Shown: piece by piece, positions 18,835-27,358 of the stretch | How the letters are laid out: the number at the start of each line of letters is the position of its first letter | Numbering within the stretch: the stretch's first letter is position 1 | Assembly (NCBI GenBank): GCA_028820935.1 | Contig: JAPPHZ010000011.1 | Span: 5,797-69,796 of the forward strand | DNA length: 64,000 nt | DNA from: a bacterium | GTDB lineage: Bacteria > Actinomycetota > Acidimicrobiia > Spongiisociales > Spongiisociaceae | Reading direction: 5' to 3' | Notes under the pieces: generated by a model | Told to the model about the DNA's origin: nothing | Database searches by the model: none | What the model saw: the letters and a program-made list of their open reading frames with translations, nothing else | Translations under genes and position numbers: made by a program

Positions 18835-20219
18835 GCAACCGCCCCCGAGTGGTGGTCGTGGGTGGCGGCCTGGCCGGCCTTGCGGCCGGTCTGGAAGCCG
18901 CTGACCGGGGAGCATCGGTGACCCTGCTGGAACGACGTCCCCGCCTGGGCGGCGCGACCTGGTCCTTCGAGCGGAAGGGGATCTCGTACGACAACGGCCA
19001 GCACGTCTTCCTCCGTTGCTGTACCGCTTACCTGGCCTTTCTGGAGAAGATCGGCTCGATCGGCAACGTGATCATCCAGAAGAGGCTGAACATTCCCGTG
19101 CTACGACCCGGGGGTAAGGCGGGAAGGATCCGGCGTACCTTCGGACCTGCCCCCCTTCATCTGGCGCCGTCGCTCCTGGCTTACCCTCATATCAGCCTCA
19201 GGGCCAGGTTGAAGGTCCTGGCGGCCGGAAGAGTCCTGCGAAAACTCGACCCGGAGGATCCGACTCTTGACAGGATGTCTTTCGGTGACTGGTTGGCCGC
19301 CCGCGGTCAGCCGGCTGAGGCCGTGGAGAGATTCTGGGACCTGGTCGTGCTACCGACGGTGAACGTCCATGCTCGGGACGCATCCCTCAAGCTGGCCGCC
19401 AAGGTGTTCGTCACCGGGCTCCTGACCGACGCCGCGTCCGCAGACATCGGCTGGGCGTCGGTACCGCTCTCGGTGCTCCACGGTGACGCCGGCCGGCGCG
19501 CCCTGGAGGCTCGGGGGGCCCACGTGGTGACCCGGGCGGCGGTGTCATCGGTTCGATCCGGTTCCGGGGAACGCCTGGAGGTCACGGTCAGCGACGGGAG
19601 CATCGAAGCCGATTCGGTGGTGGTGGCCGTCCCGCACGACGTGGTCGGTTCGATGCTTCCATCGGGTGCCGTACCCTTCCAGGACCGTCTGGACCGGCTG
19701 GGGGTCTCGCCGATCGTGAACGTGCATCTGGTCTATGACCGTCCCATCACCGACCTCCCGATGTTCGCCGCGGTCGGGAGCGACATCCAGTACGTGTTCG
19801 ACCGGACCGGAGCAGCCGGTCTGGACGACGGCCGCCAATGCCTGGCTATCTCCCTGTCGGCGGCGGATTCCCATCTCGGTGCGAGGGCGCCGGATCTGGT
19901 GGAGCACTTCGTGGCGGAGATGGAGCGCCTGCTGCCGGCCGCGGCCGGGGCGGTCGTGACCGAGTCGATGGTCACCAGGGAACCGAGGGCGACCTTCCGC
20001 GGAGGGCCCGGCACCCATCCGTTCCGATCCGGCACCGAGTGCGAGGTACCCGGGGTCTTCCTGGCCGGCGCCTGGTCCGGCACGGGATGGCCGGCCACGA
20101 TGGAGGGGGCGGTGCGCAGCGGCGTCGAGGCCGGACGCCGGGCGGCGAGGTTTGCCATTCGGAATGGGGACCCGATACCGGAGACGGTTCCACCGGCCGC
20201 TGAGGGGGTCAGGACGTGA
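18831..20219 (+). CDS. hpnE: FAD-dependent amine-oxidase-like oxidoreductase, HpnE-like hydroxysqualene dehydroxylase
   Basis: An N-terminal Rossmann fold (VVVVGGGLAGLAAG) is present, and the gene is linked to the two squalene-synthase paralogues. Confidence 0.7.
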   Translation: MSNRPRVVVVGGGLAGLAAGLEAADRGASVTLLERRPRLGGATWSFERKGISYDNGQHVFLRCCTAYLAFLEKIGSIGNVIIQKRLNIPVLRPGGKAGRIRRTFGPAPLHLAPSLLAYPHISLRARLKVLAAGRVLRKLDPEDPTLDRMSFGDWLAARGQPAEAVERFWDLVVLPTVNVHARDASLKLAAKVFVTGLLTDAASADIGWASVPLSVLHGDAGRRALEARGAHVVTRAAVSSVRSGSGERLEVTVSDGSIEADSVVVAVPHDVVGSMLPSGAVPFQDRLDRLGVSPIVNVHLVYDRPITDLPMFAAVGSDIQYVFDRTGAAGLDDGRQCLAISLSAADSHLGARAPDLVEHFVAEMERLLPAAAGAVVTESMVTREPRATFRGGPGTHPFRSGTECEVPGVFLAGAWSGTGWPATMEGAVRSGVEAGRRAARFAIRNGDPIPETVPPAAEGVRT

Positions 20220-21232
20220 GGCGCACCACACCGGACTTGCTGGAGCGGACCCGGGTCATGGTCGAACCCGCCCTGATCGAGGCGGTGGGACGGCTGTCCT
20301 CGAGCCTCGCTGTCATGGTCCGCTACCACTTCGGGTGGATCGACTCGGCTGGGGCTCCGGTGCCGAACCCGCGCCACGGCAAGGGCATCCGGCCCACGCT
20401 TGCGCTCATGTCGGCAGAAGCCGTGGGTGCGGCGGCCGAAGTCGCCCTTCCGGGGGCGCTCGCGGTGGAGATCGTTCACAACTTCTCGCTCGTCCACGAC
20501 GACATCATCGACAACGATCCCGAACGCCGGCACCGGGCCACGGTATGGAAGGCCTTCGGCGCCGGCGATGCCATCATCGCCGGCGATGCCATGATGCTGC
20601 TCGCTCTCGAGTTGCTGCTGGACCGGCCCACGCCGCCGCGGGTCGCCGCGGCCGCCGACCTGTCGGGAGCCACTGCGTCAATGATCGCCGGCCAGCACAT
20701 GGACATGTCGTTCTACCGCTCGGAGGCGGTGGATGTCGACCTGTGCTGGGAGATGGTCTCTCTCAAGACGGGCGCCCTGCTGGCTCATGCCTCGGCGGTG
20801 GGGGCCATCCTGGCCGGCGCGCCGGAACAGACGGTCCGCCGGCTCCGGAGCTTCGGGCTGGAGTTGGGTCGGGGGTTCCAGGCCATCGACGACCTGCTGG
20901 GTATCTGGGGAGATCCCTCGGTGACCGGCAAGCCGGCCGGTAACGACCTCAGGGAGCGCAAGAAGTCGATCCCGGTGGCGGTGGCGCTGGCCTCGGGTTC
21001 CCCGGCCGGCAGCAGGCTGGCCGATCTGTACGCCCGGGAGCGGCTGGATGACGACCGGATCGAGGCGGCTGCCGCCCTGGTCGAGGAGGCGGGCGGGCGG
21101 GAGGCGACCGTCTCCGCGGCCCGCGACTGCATGCAGCGGGCGGCTGATGCCCTCAGGGGGGCGGACATAGACCCGCAGGTAGCCGGAGAACTGGAGGACC
21201 TGGCCGCTTTCGTGGTCGATCGCGACTTCTGA
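20216..21232 (+). CDS. Polyprenyl diphosphate synthase (FPP/GGPP synthase)
   Basis: First DDxxD motif (FSLVHDDIIDND) and second (GFQAIDDLLGIWGD) are both present. It overlaps hpnE by 4 nt, so hpnC-hpnD-hpnE-ispA form one operon. Confidence 0.85.
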   Translation: MRRTTPDLLERTRVMVEPALIEAVGRLSSSLAVMVRYHFGWIDSAGAPVPNPRHGKGIRPTLALMSAEAVGAAAEVALPGALAVEIVHNFSLVHDDIIDNDPERRHRATVWKAFGAGDAIIAGDAMMLLALELLLDRPTPPRVAAAADLSGATASMIAGQHMDMSFYRSEAVDVDLCWEMVSLKTGALLAHASAVGAILAGAPEQTVRRLRSFGLELGRGFQAIDDLLGIWGDPSVTGKPAGNDLRERKKSIPVAVALASGSPAGSRLADLYARERLDDDRIEAAAALVEEAGGREATVSAARDCMQRAADALRGADIDPQVAGELEDLAAFVVDRDF

Positions 21233-21368
21233 TCGGGTTTTTCCCATTCCGATTGGAGGGATAACGCCGGGCCGATGTATGATTAGTCAGGTTGCCCTAA
21301 CATCACGGATAAGGTAGCCGTTAGCCGGATGCTCAACCCTTCGTAGCACGGCCCCTTCAGGAGCCCGT

Positions 21369-22385
21369 ATGTCATATCTACAGGCAAACGATGTCGCCAA
21401 GCGTTTCAATGGCACGTCCGCGCTGGCCGGTGTCGACCTGGCGGTCGAACAGGGCGAGTCGCTGGCGCTGCTCGGTCCCAGCGGATGCGGCAAGACCACG
21501 CTGCTGCGCATCCTGGCCGGTCTGGAGGTTCCCGATCGGGGCGACATCACGCTAGAGGGCAGGACCCTTACGGGTACGGCCCGGTTCGTCCCTCCGGAGC
21601 AGAGGCGTATCGGGATGGTCTTCCAGGACTGGGCACTGTTTCCCCACATGACGGTGGCCAGGAACGTGGCGTTCGGCCTGGGCAAGGGGGGAGACCGGAG
21701 CCGGGTCTCCGAGACGCTGGATCTGGTCGGCCTGTCGCATCTGGCGGACCGCTACCCCGACGAGTTGTCGGGAGGGCAGGCGCAGCGGGTGGCTGTGGCC
21801 AGGGCTCTGGCGCCCCGTCCCCGGGTGCTGCTCTTCGACGAGCCGTTCTCGAACCTCGATACCGGCCTGCGCACCAGGATCCGGGCCGATGTGGCGGCGC
21901 TGATGCGCGAGGTGAGGATGACTTCGATCTTCGTCACCCACGACCAGGAGGAGTCGTTCGTGGTGGGGGACCGGGTGGCCGTGATGCGCGAGGGTCGGAT
22001 CGAACAGGTCGGCCGGCCGGCCGACGTGTACCAGAGCCCCGTCTCCGCCTGGGTGGCCACCTTCGTCGGCGAGGCCAACGTGCTGGGCGGGCTGGCGACC
22101 AACGGGCACGTTTCCACCGCGGTCGGACAGATTCCCCTGGCCGACCCGGTGAGAGGACCGTGCCAGGTCGTCGTACGTCCCGAGTACCTGGCGGTGGGCC
22201 GGGGGGACCAGGGCGTGGTCTCCGCGGTCGAGTTCTACGGGCACGACACCACCTACCAAGTGGCTCTCAACGGGACGAAACTGGTGGCCCGGGTGATCGC
22301 CGCACCCGACTTCGCACCCGGCGACCGGGTATCCGTGTCCTACGCCGGCCCCGGAGCGGCCGCCTTCGCCTCCGCTAGTCATTAG
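21369..22385 (+). CDS. ABC transporter ATP-binding protein (PotA/FbpC/MalK type with a C-terminal TOBE domain), no cognate permease adjacent
   Basis: Walker A GPSGCGKTT, signature LSGGQAQRV and Walker B LLFDEP are present. Confidence 0.85.
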   Translation: MSYLQANDVAKRFNGTSALAGVDLAVEQGESLALLGPSGCGKTTLLRILAGLEVPDRGDITLEGRTLTGTARFVPPEQRRIGMVFQDWALFPHMTVARNVAFGLGKGGDRSRVSETLDLVGLSHLADRYPDELSGGQAQRVAVARALAPRPRVLLFDEPFSNLDTGLRTRIRADVAALMREVRMTSIFVTHDQEESFVVGDRVAVMREGRIEQVGRPADVYQSPVSAWVATFVGEANVLGGLATNGHVSTAVGQIPLADPVRGPCQVVVRPEYLAVGRGDQGVVSAVEFYGHDTTYQVALNGTKLVARVIAAPDFAPGDRVSVSYAGPGAAAFASASH

Positions 22386-22410
22386 TTGTTAGTTGTGGTT
22401 TGTTGGTTGG
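22383..22410. repeat. Degenerate heptamer run TAGTTGT TAGTTGT GGTTTGT TGGTTGG starting in the stop codon
   Basis: Same phase and orientation as the (TAGTTGC) array at 16762. It shares the 9-mer GTTGTGGTT with 10690-10698. Confidence 0.5.
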
Positions 22411-22544
22411 ATGTCAGTCAGGCCGCAGTGGTTCCCCCTAACCTGCTGTATCACGAGCCTCTTCGACTCAGCACTATGGAAACCCAAGCGCCTACCAACA
22501 TTGGAACGATCGAATCCATCGCTAAGGGTGATAAGATCTAAAAT

Positions 22545-22612
22545 CTATTAGTAACTATCGGCCTAGAAACTAATCAACTAGTGACTAGCAACTATCGACT
22601 AGAAACTAGCCG
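22545..22612. promoter_or_regulatory. AT-rich ACTAG-rich repeat region upstream of ispH, with AACTATCGNNCTAGAAACTA twice, CAACTAG and GACTAGCAACT
   Basis: A direct repeat of about 20 bp with one mismatch occurs twice, separated by a CAACTAG-like degenerate heptamer repeat. It ends 15 nt before the ispH ATG. Confidence 0.45.
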
Positions 22613-22627
22613 GGGTACAATTCCGAC

Positions 22628-23806
22628 ATGCCGGTGACCGCCCTACCGACCACCCACCGTCCCAGACGCGTGTATCTCGCCGAGCCGAACGGATATTGCG
22701 CCGGGGTGTACATGGCCGTCAAGGCGCTCGTCTGGATGGTCCAGATATTCGACGCCCCGGTCTACTGCTACCACGAGATCGTCCATAACCGGTTCGTCGT
22801 GGAGTGTTTCGAACGAGCCGGGGTGGTGTTCGTCGACTCGATCGACCAGGTGCCGCAAGGCGCTCCCGTCATGCTGTCGGCCCATGGCTCGGCCCCCGAG
22901 GTGGTGCGGGACGGGGAAGACCGGGCCGGGATCGTCATCGACGCAGTCTGCCCGCTGGTGGCGAAAGTTCATCATGAGGTCAAGCGGCGGGCGGCGAAGG
23001 GGTTCGACATCATCTTCGTGGGCCACGAAGGGCACGATGAGGCGGTGGGCACGATGGCCCGGGCGCCTTCGAACATCACCCTGGTCGAACCGGAGACGGG
23101 GCTGGTGGGCTTCAGGCCAAGGGATCCCGGCAAGGTGGCGCTGTTCGCCCAGACCACCCTCGGGATGCACGAGTGGGAGGCGATCAGGTCCGAGGCCTCG
23201 GGGCGCTACGAGAACCTGGAGACCTCTCGCAAGAGCGATCTCTGCTACGCCACCACCAACCGCCAGGATGCGGTACTCGAGATGAGTTCCGAGTGTGATC
23301 TGATCCTGGTGGTTGGTTCCGACAACTCGTCGAACACCAATGCCCTGGTCCGGACCGCCCGTATGCGCGGCGCCGCCGCCTACCGGATCGACTCCGCGGA
23401 TGCGATCCGAACCGAATGGTTGGACGCTGCGGAAGTGGTCGGGCTGACGGCGGGCGCATCGGCTCCCGACCACCTGGTCCGGGAGGTGCTCGAGCGCCTC
23501 GATCCTGCCGAAGGGTGGAGCCTTTTCCGGGTTACCGAGGAGGATGAGTACTTCCCTCTGCCGCGCGGGCTGAGGGCCTTGCTGAATGCGTTGGTGTCGA
23601 CGGTCCGGATCGGGTTCTCTGCCCCCTCGAACGGTAAGGGACCGCTCGACTACGACCGCCAGGTCACGGCTACCGACGCGCTAGCCAAGCTGGAGTCGTT
23701 CCCGTCGGGTCAGCCGGCCCTACCAGCGGCTGGACTCCTCGGCGTACACATGGTCGGGCAACCTGTAGCTGATCCCGGCCTCGTCGAAGACGGAGACCTG
23801 GAGTAG
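22628..23806 (+). CDS. ispH: 4-hydroxy-3-methylbut-2-enyl diphosphate reductase with a roughly 70-aa C-terminal extension
   Basis: The LytB/IspH core (YCAGV, SAHGS, CPLV, HNGT-like region) is present. The C-terminal tail overlaps the convergent downstream gene by 87 nt. Confidence 0.85.
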   Translation: MPVTALPTTHRPRRVYLAEPNGYCAGVYMAVKALVWMVQIFDAPVYCYHEIVHNRFVVECFERAGVVFVDSIDQVPQGAPVMLSAHGSAPEVVRDGEDRAGIVIDAVCPLVAKVHHEVKRRAAKGFDIIFVGHEGHDEAVGTMARAPSNITLVEPETGLVGFRPRDPGKVALFAQTTLGMHEWEAIRSEASGRYENLETSRKSDLCYATTNRQDAVLEMSSECDLILVVGSDNSSNTNALVRTARMRGAAAYRIDSADAIRTEWLDAAEVVGLTAGASAPDHLVREVLERLDPAEGWSLFRVTEEDEYFPLPRGLRALLNALVSTVRIGFSAPSNGKGPLDYDRQVTATDALAKLESFPSGQPALPAAGLLGVHMVGQPVADPGLVEDGDLE

Positions 23807-24895
23807 GGACGTAAAGGCGGTGAAGTTGTTGTTCTGCTTGGCCAGCGGCTTCACGTACCGGGCTGTGAAACGCTGGTAGCGCCGCTGCATGCGGAACCAG
23901 GGGAGCACCCCGACCAGAGGGGTGGCCGGATAGTTCAGCTGGTCGGAGAGCGTCCTACCGATCAGGGCCCGGGAAACGCGGAACACGTAGTTGGCGAAGT
24001 TCTGCCGGACCTTCGGATCGGTCATATCCACGAGCAGCGGGCCCGAGTTGATCAACGCGTTCGCCATCGCTATCGATTCGAAGTCGGGCTCCGGCTCGCA
24101 TAGGCGCCCGATCTCGAAGACCTTCAATGCCTCTTCCTCGTCGGTGTACAGGATCGGATCGGGGATACCCATCAGGTGGCCTGTATACCGCCATACGGCC
24201 ATGAATCCGGCTCGTTCCTCATCGGTATAGGTAGCGCCGAGGTTCTTCATGTGCTTGAGCAATCGGGCCGAGAAGGCCACGATGGCGAAGCCGAGGTGGG
24301 CGGCGCTGACCGGCAGACCCCAGGCCTCCTCGTCCCAATCATCGGAGTTCGCCAGCAGGCTCCTGATCTGGGCATGCAGGATGCGGATCCGCACCGACAG
24401 CTTCCAACCGTCCCCTTGCCGCTCCATACCGCCGGGCATGAAGATCTCGACCATGTGCCGGTTGTTCTGCTTCAGGCGACGTACACCCTGGTCCCGAAGG
24501 CGTCCGGTTATGAAGAACGACTTGGCGATGTTGGTCGAGAACCCTTCGACCAGGGTGCCGGCGAGCATCGATGCGAGCACGACCGGCGAGTTCCTGTGGA
24601 ACATGCGGACGCCGGGCAGGAAGTCGGCTTGGTTCACCCAGTCTGGAGGCGTCTCCATCGGGTCGAAGAACTCCCGCACGAACGAGGGCGCCCGGCGTAG
24701 GGCCTCCTCATCCCGGTCCATACCCGCGGTGACCAGCGGTAGGGCCTGCTCGGTGGGCATTTCGTGGATTCTCTCGATGAAGGCATCGGCCTCGGGGTCC
24801 CCGACCCGGGTATGGACGATGTAGTTGCGCGCCATCTCCGCATCGACGAGGCGGGCCTCGGCATAGCCGGCCGCGTAGTCGGTCGGAATTCTCAC
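23720..24895 (-). CDS. MpaB/LcpA-like oxygenase family protein (DUF2236)
   Basis: The 391-aa protein shows the length and conserved pattern of DUF2236 oxygenases. It is translationally coupled to the MMPL gene (ATGA overlap). Confidence 0.6.
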   Translation of the reverse strand: MRIPTDYAAGYAEARLVDAEMARNYIVHTRVGDPEADAFIERIHEMPTEQALPLVTAGMDRDEEALRRAPSFVREFFDPMETPPDWVNQADFLPGVRMFHRNSPVVLASMLAGTLVEGFSTNIAKSFFITGRLRDQGVRRLKQNNRHMVEIFMPGGMERQGDGWKLSVRIRILHAQIRSLLANSDDWDEEAWGLPVSAAHLGFAIVAFSARLLKHMKNLGATYTDEERAGFMAVWRYTGHLMGIPDPILYTDEEEALKVFEIGRLCEPEPDFESIAMANALINSGPLLVDMTDPKVRQNFANYVFRVSRALIGRTLSDQLNYPATPLVGVLPWFRMQRRYQRFTARYVKPLAKQNNNFTAFTSLLQVSVFDEAGISYRLPDHVYAEESSRW

Positions 24896-27129
24896 CGGTT
24901 GCGATCCTCCCCGGGGCCATTTGCCGGATGCTCCTCCTCTGCCTCGACACGCAGGTCGGGCAGCCAGTTCAGCCAGGGCGGCATGTACCAGTTGCGCTTG
25001 CCCAGCACTTCCATGCTGGCCGGTACCAGGACGGAGCGGACCAGCGTGGCGTCCAGTAGCACGGCCACCGCCAAACCGAAGCCCATGAGTTGGTTGATGA
25101 TGGTCCGTCCCGTGGCGAAGGCGCCGAACACGACCACCATGATGAGGGCGGCGCCGGTGATGATCCCGGCGGTCGAACGGAGTCCGTAGGCCACCGCCTC
25201 GGTGTTGTCGCCCGTCTCGTCGTAGCGTTCGCGTATCCGGCTGAGCAGGAAGACGTGGTAGTCCATGGACAGCCCGAACAGGACGGCGAACAGGAATAGC
25301 GGTATCCAGGCGTCGATCACGTCGGCCCGCTGGAATCCGAACAGGTCGATCGCGACTCCCTTCTGGAATACCAGCACCAGCAGCCCGTATGTGGCGCCGA
25401 CGGAGAGCAGGTTCATGATGATTGCCTTGAGCGGGATGACCAGGGACCGGAAGACCATCATCAGGATGACGAAGCTGAGGCCGAGCACCAGGGCGAAGAC
25501 GATCGGTGTGTAGACCCTCACTATCCCGAAGAAGTCGGCCACCTCTGCGGTGAGACCACCCACGTAGACCTGGACGGGGGCCCCCTCGAACGCGGTCGGG
25601 ATGATCTCGTCGCGGAGGACCGACATCAATTCGGCGGCCTCCGGACTGCTCGGCTGACCCGGGTAGGGAAGGGACAGGAGCGTCAGATCCCCGGCCGCGT
25701 TCACCTCCCGGGTGGGGGGCACCGGGAACCTGGGATCGGCGATGAGCGCCCCCTGCAACTTCCCGATCGCGGCTGTCACGGCGGGGTCTTCGGCGTCGCC
25801 GTCCACGACTATCTCGGCCGGGCTGAGTACGCCGGCGGGGGTGACACTCCCCACGGCGAACTTCTCCTCGAGCAGCAGGAAGGCTTCCTTTGTCTGCGCG
25901 CCATCAGGGAAGGTGTTGACATCGTTCAGCCCCGTCCGCATGTCCAGGTAGAAGTAGGACAGGGCGAGCATCGGGATGGCGACGAGGAGGATGCTGATCA
26001 CCGGGCGGCGCATCACCATCCGGGTGACGTTCTCCCAGAAGCCCTCTTGGGACATGTCGGGGCTCTTGAGCGAGAACCTGGCCAGGAATCGAATCCGGAG
26101 AAGGTCCACCTTCGGACCGAGCAACGTCAGCACGGCCGGGAGCAGGGTCAGCGTCGCCAGCATGGCGAAGATCACCACCAGGATCGCCCCGAGCGCCAGG
26201 GATTGGTAGAAGGAGGCCGGGGTGATCAGGAGACCGACCAGGGCCAGCACCACGGTGGCGCCGCTGAAGATCACCGTCCGACCCGCTGTCGCGGTGGCAC
26301 GTCCTACCGCGTCACGCGCCGGCAGCCCGCGCGCCATCTCCTCCTTGAAGCGTGAGACGACCAGGAGCGAGTAGTCGATGCCGACCGCCAGACCGATCAT
26401 CACCACCATCAGCGTGACGAAGAAGACCAGCTGGAACTGCTGGCCGATGACGGCAACGGCTGCCAGGGCGAGGACGATGGCCACCACGGCCAGACCCAGC
26501 GGGAGCAACATGGCCACCACCGCGCCGAGGAGGACCAGCAGGATGACGAGCGCTACCGGGACCCCGAACCGCTCGCCCCTCTCCAGGTCGTGAATGGCCA
26601 GTTCGTTGGTCTCGAAGGCAACGCTGGCGTCGCCCCCGATCAACACCCGGAAGCCACCCACCCCGTTGGCTTCTTCGACGATGTGGATGACGTCACCGAC
26701 GTCCACGGTGGCGTCCTGGGCGCTACCGGTCATTGCGAAGGCCATGATGGTGGTCTGGCGGTCACGGGAAACCAGCACCGGATTGTTGGAGACGTAGAAG
26801 TGATCCTGCAGGGCCACCACGTCGGGTCCCAGCCCTGTGATCTCGGCGGCAAGCGACTCCACCTTCGTTCGGAAGGCCGGGTCGTCCACGGTCATGGATG
26901 GCGACTCGACCACAACCAACTCTGCCAGCTGCCTGGGGCCTCGCAACCTGTCCTCGAGGAGCGCGGCGGCCTGCTCCGATTCGTAGCGCGAGGACAGCCG
27001 GAACTCGGTAGTGGTGGCGCTGTCCAGCAGCCGGTCGATCAGCCCGAGCGAAACCAGCACCAACCCAACCCATATACCGATGGTGACCAGCGGCCGGCGC
27101 GTCGAGAAGCGGGCGAGCGGTCCGAGCAT
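24892..27129 (-). CDS. MMPL-family RND-superfamily transporter
   Basis: A 745-aa protein with about 12 TM segments and two periplasmic loops, with MMPL-domain conservation. Confidence 0.8.
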   Translation of the reverse strand: MLGPLARFSTRRPLVTIGIWVGLVLVSLGLIDRLLDSATTTEFRLSSRYESEQAAALLEDRLRGPRQLAELVVVESPSMTVDDPAFRTKVESLAAEITGLGPDVVALQDHFYVSNNPVLVSRDRQTTIMAFAMTGSAQDATVDVGDVIHIVEEANGVGGFRVLIGGDASVAFETNELAIHDLERGERFGVPVALVILLVLLGAVVAMLLPLGLAVVAIVLALAAVAVIGQQFQLVFFVTLMVVMIGLAVGIDYSLLVVSRFKEEMARGLPARDAVGRATATAGRTVIFSGATVVLALVGLLITPASFYQSLALGAILVVIFAMLATLTLLPAVLTLLGPKVDLLRIRFLARFSLKSPDMSQEGFWENVTRMVMRRPVISILLVAIPMLALSYFYLDMRTGLNDVNTFPDGAQTKEAFLLLEEKFAVGSVTPAGVLSPAEIVVDGDAEDPAVTAAIGKLQGALIADPRFPVPPTREVNAAGDLTLLSLPYPGQPSSPEAAELMSVLRDEIIPTAFEGAPVQVYVGGLTAEVADFFGIVRVYTPIVFALVLGLSFVILMMVFRSLVIPLKAIIMNLLSVGATYGLLVLVFQKGVAIDLFGFQRADVIDAWIPLFLFAVLFGLSMDYHVFLLSRIRERYDETGDNTEAVAYGLRSTAGIITGAALIMVVVFGAFATGRTIINQLMGFGLAVAVLLDATLVRSVLVPASMEVLGKRNWYMPPWLNWLPDLRVEAEEEHPANGPGEDRNR

Positions 27130-27358
27130 CAGGTCTCTCCTCCTTATCCGCCGTTCACGGAAGAAATTGCTGGCAGATCCGTGACCCTAGGTCCCCCGGA
27201 TGGCCGGATGAGGATGTCCGAGAACATCCCTTCCCCACCCTAGCGACGTTTCCGCTTCCAGCCGCGCTCGTCGGGCCTCATGCGGTCTGCGCGAACACCC
27301 GACGGACCCGGTGCCCCTATCCGTCTCCGGCACGGCGGCGACAGGCGACCGGGTGTCG

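Noticed and set aside
23720-23806. Possibility that the ispH C-terminal extension is a mis-called frame
   Set aside because: The frame stays open from the conserved IspH core with no alternative stop. It is kept as real but flagged, since an 87-nt convergent overlap is atypical.
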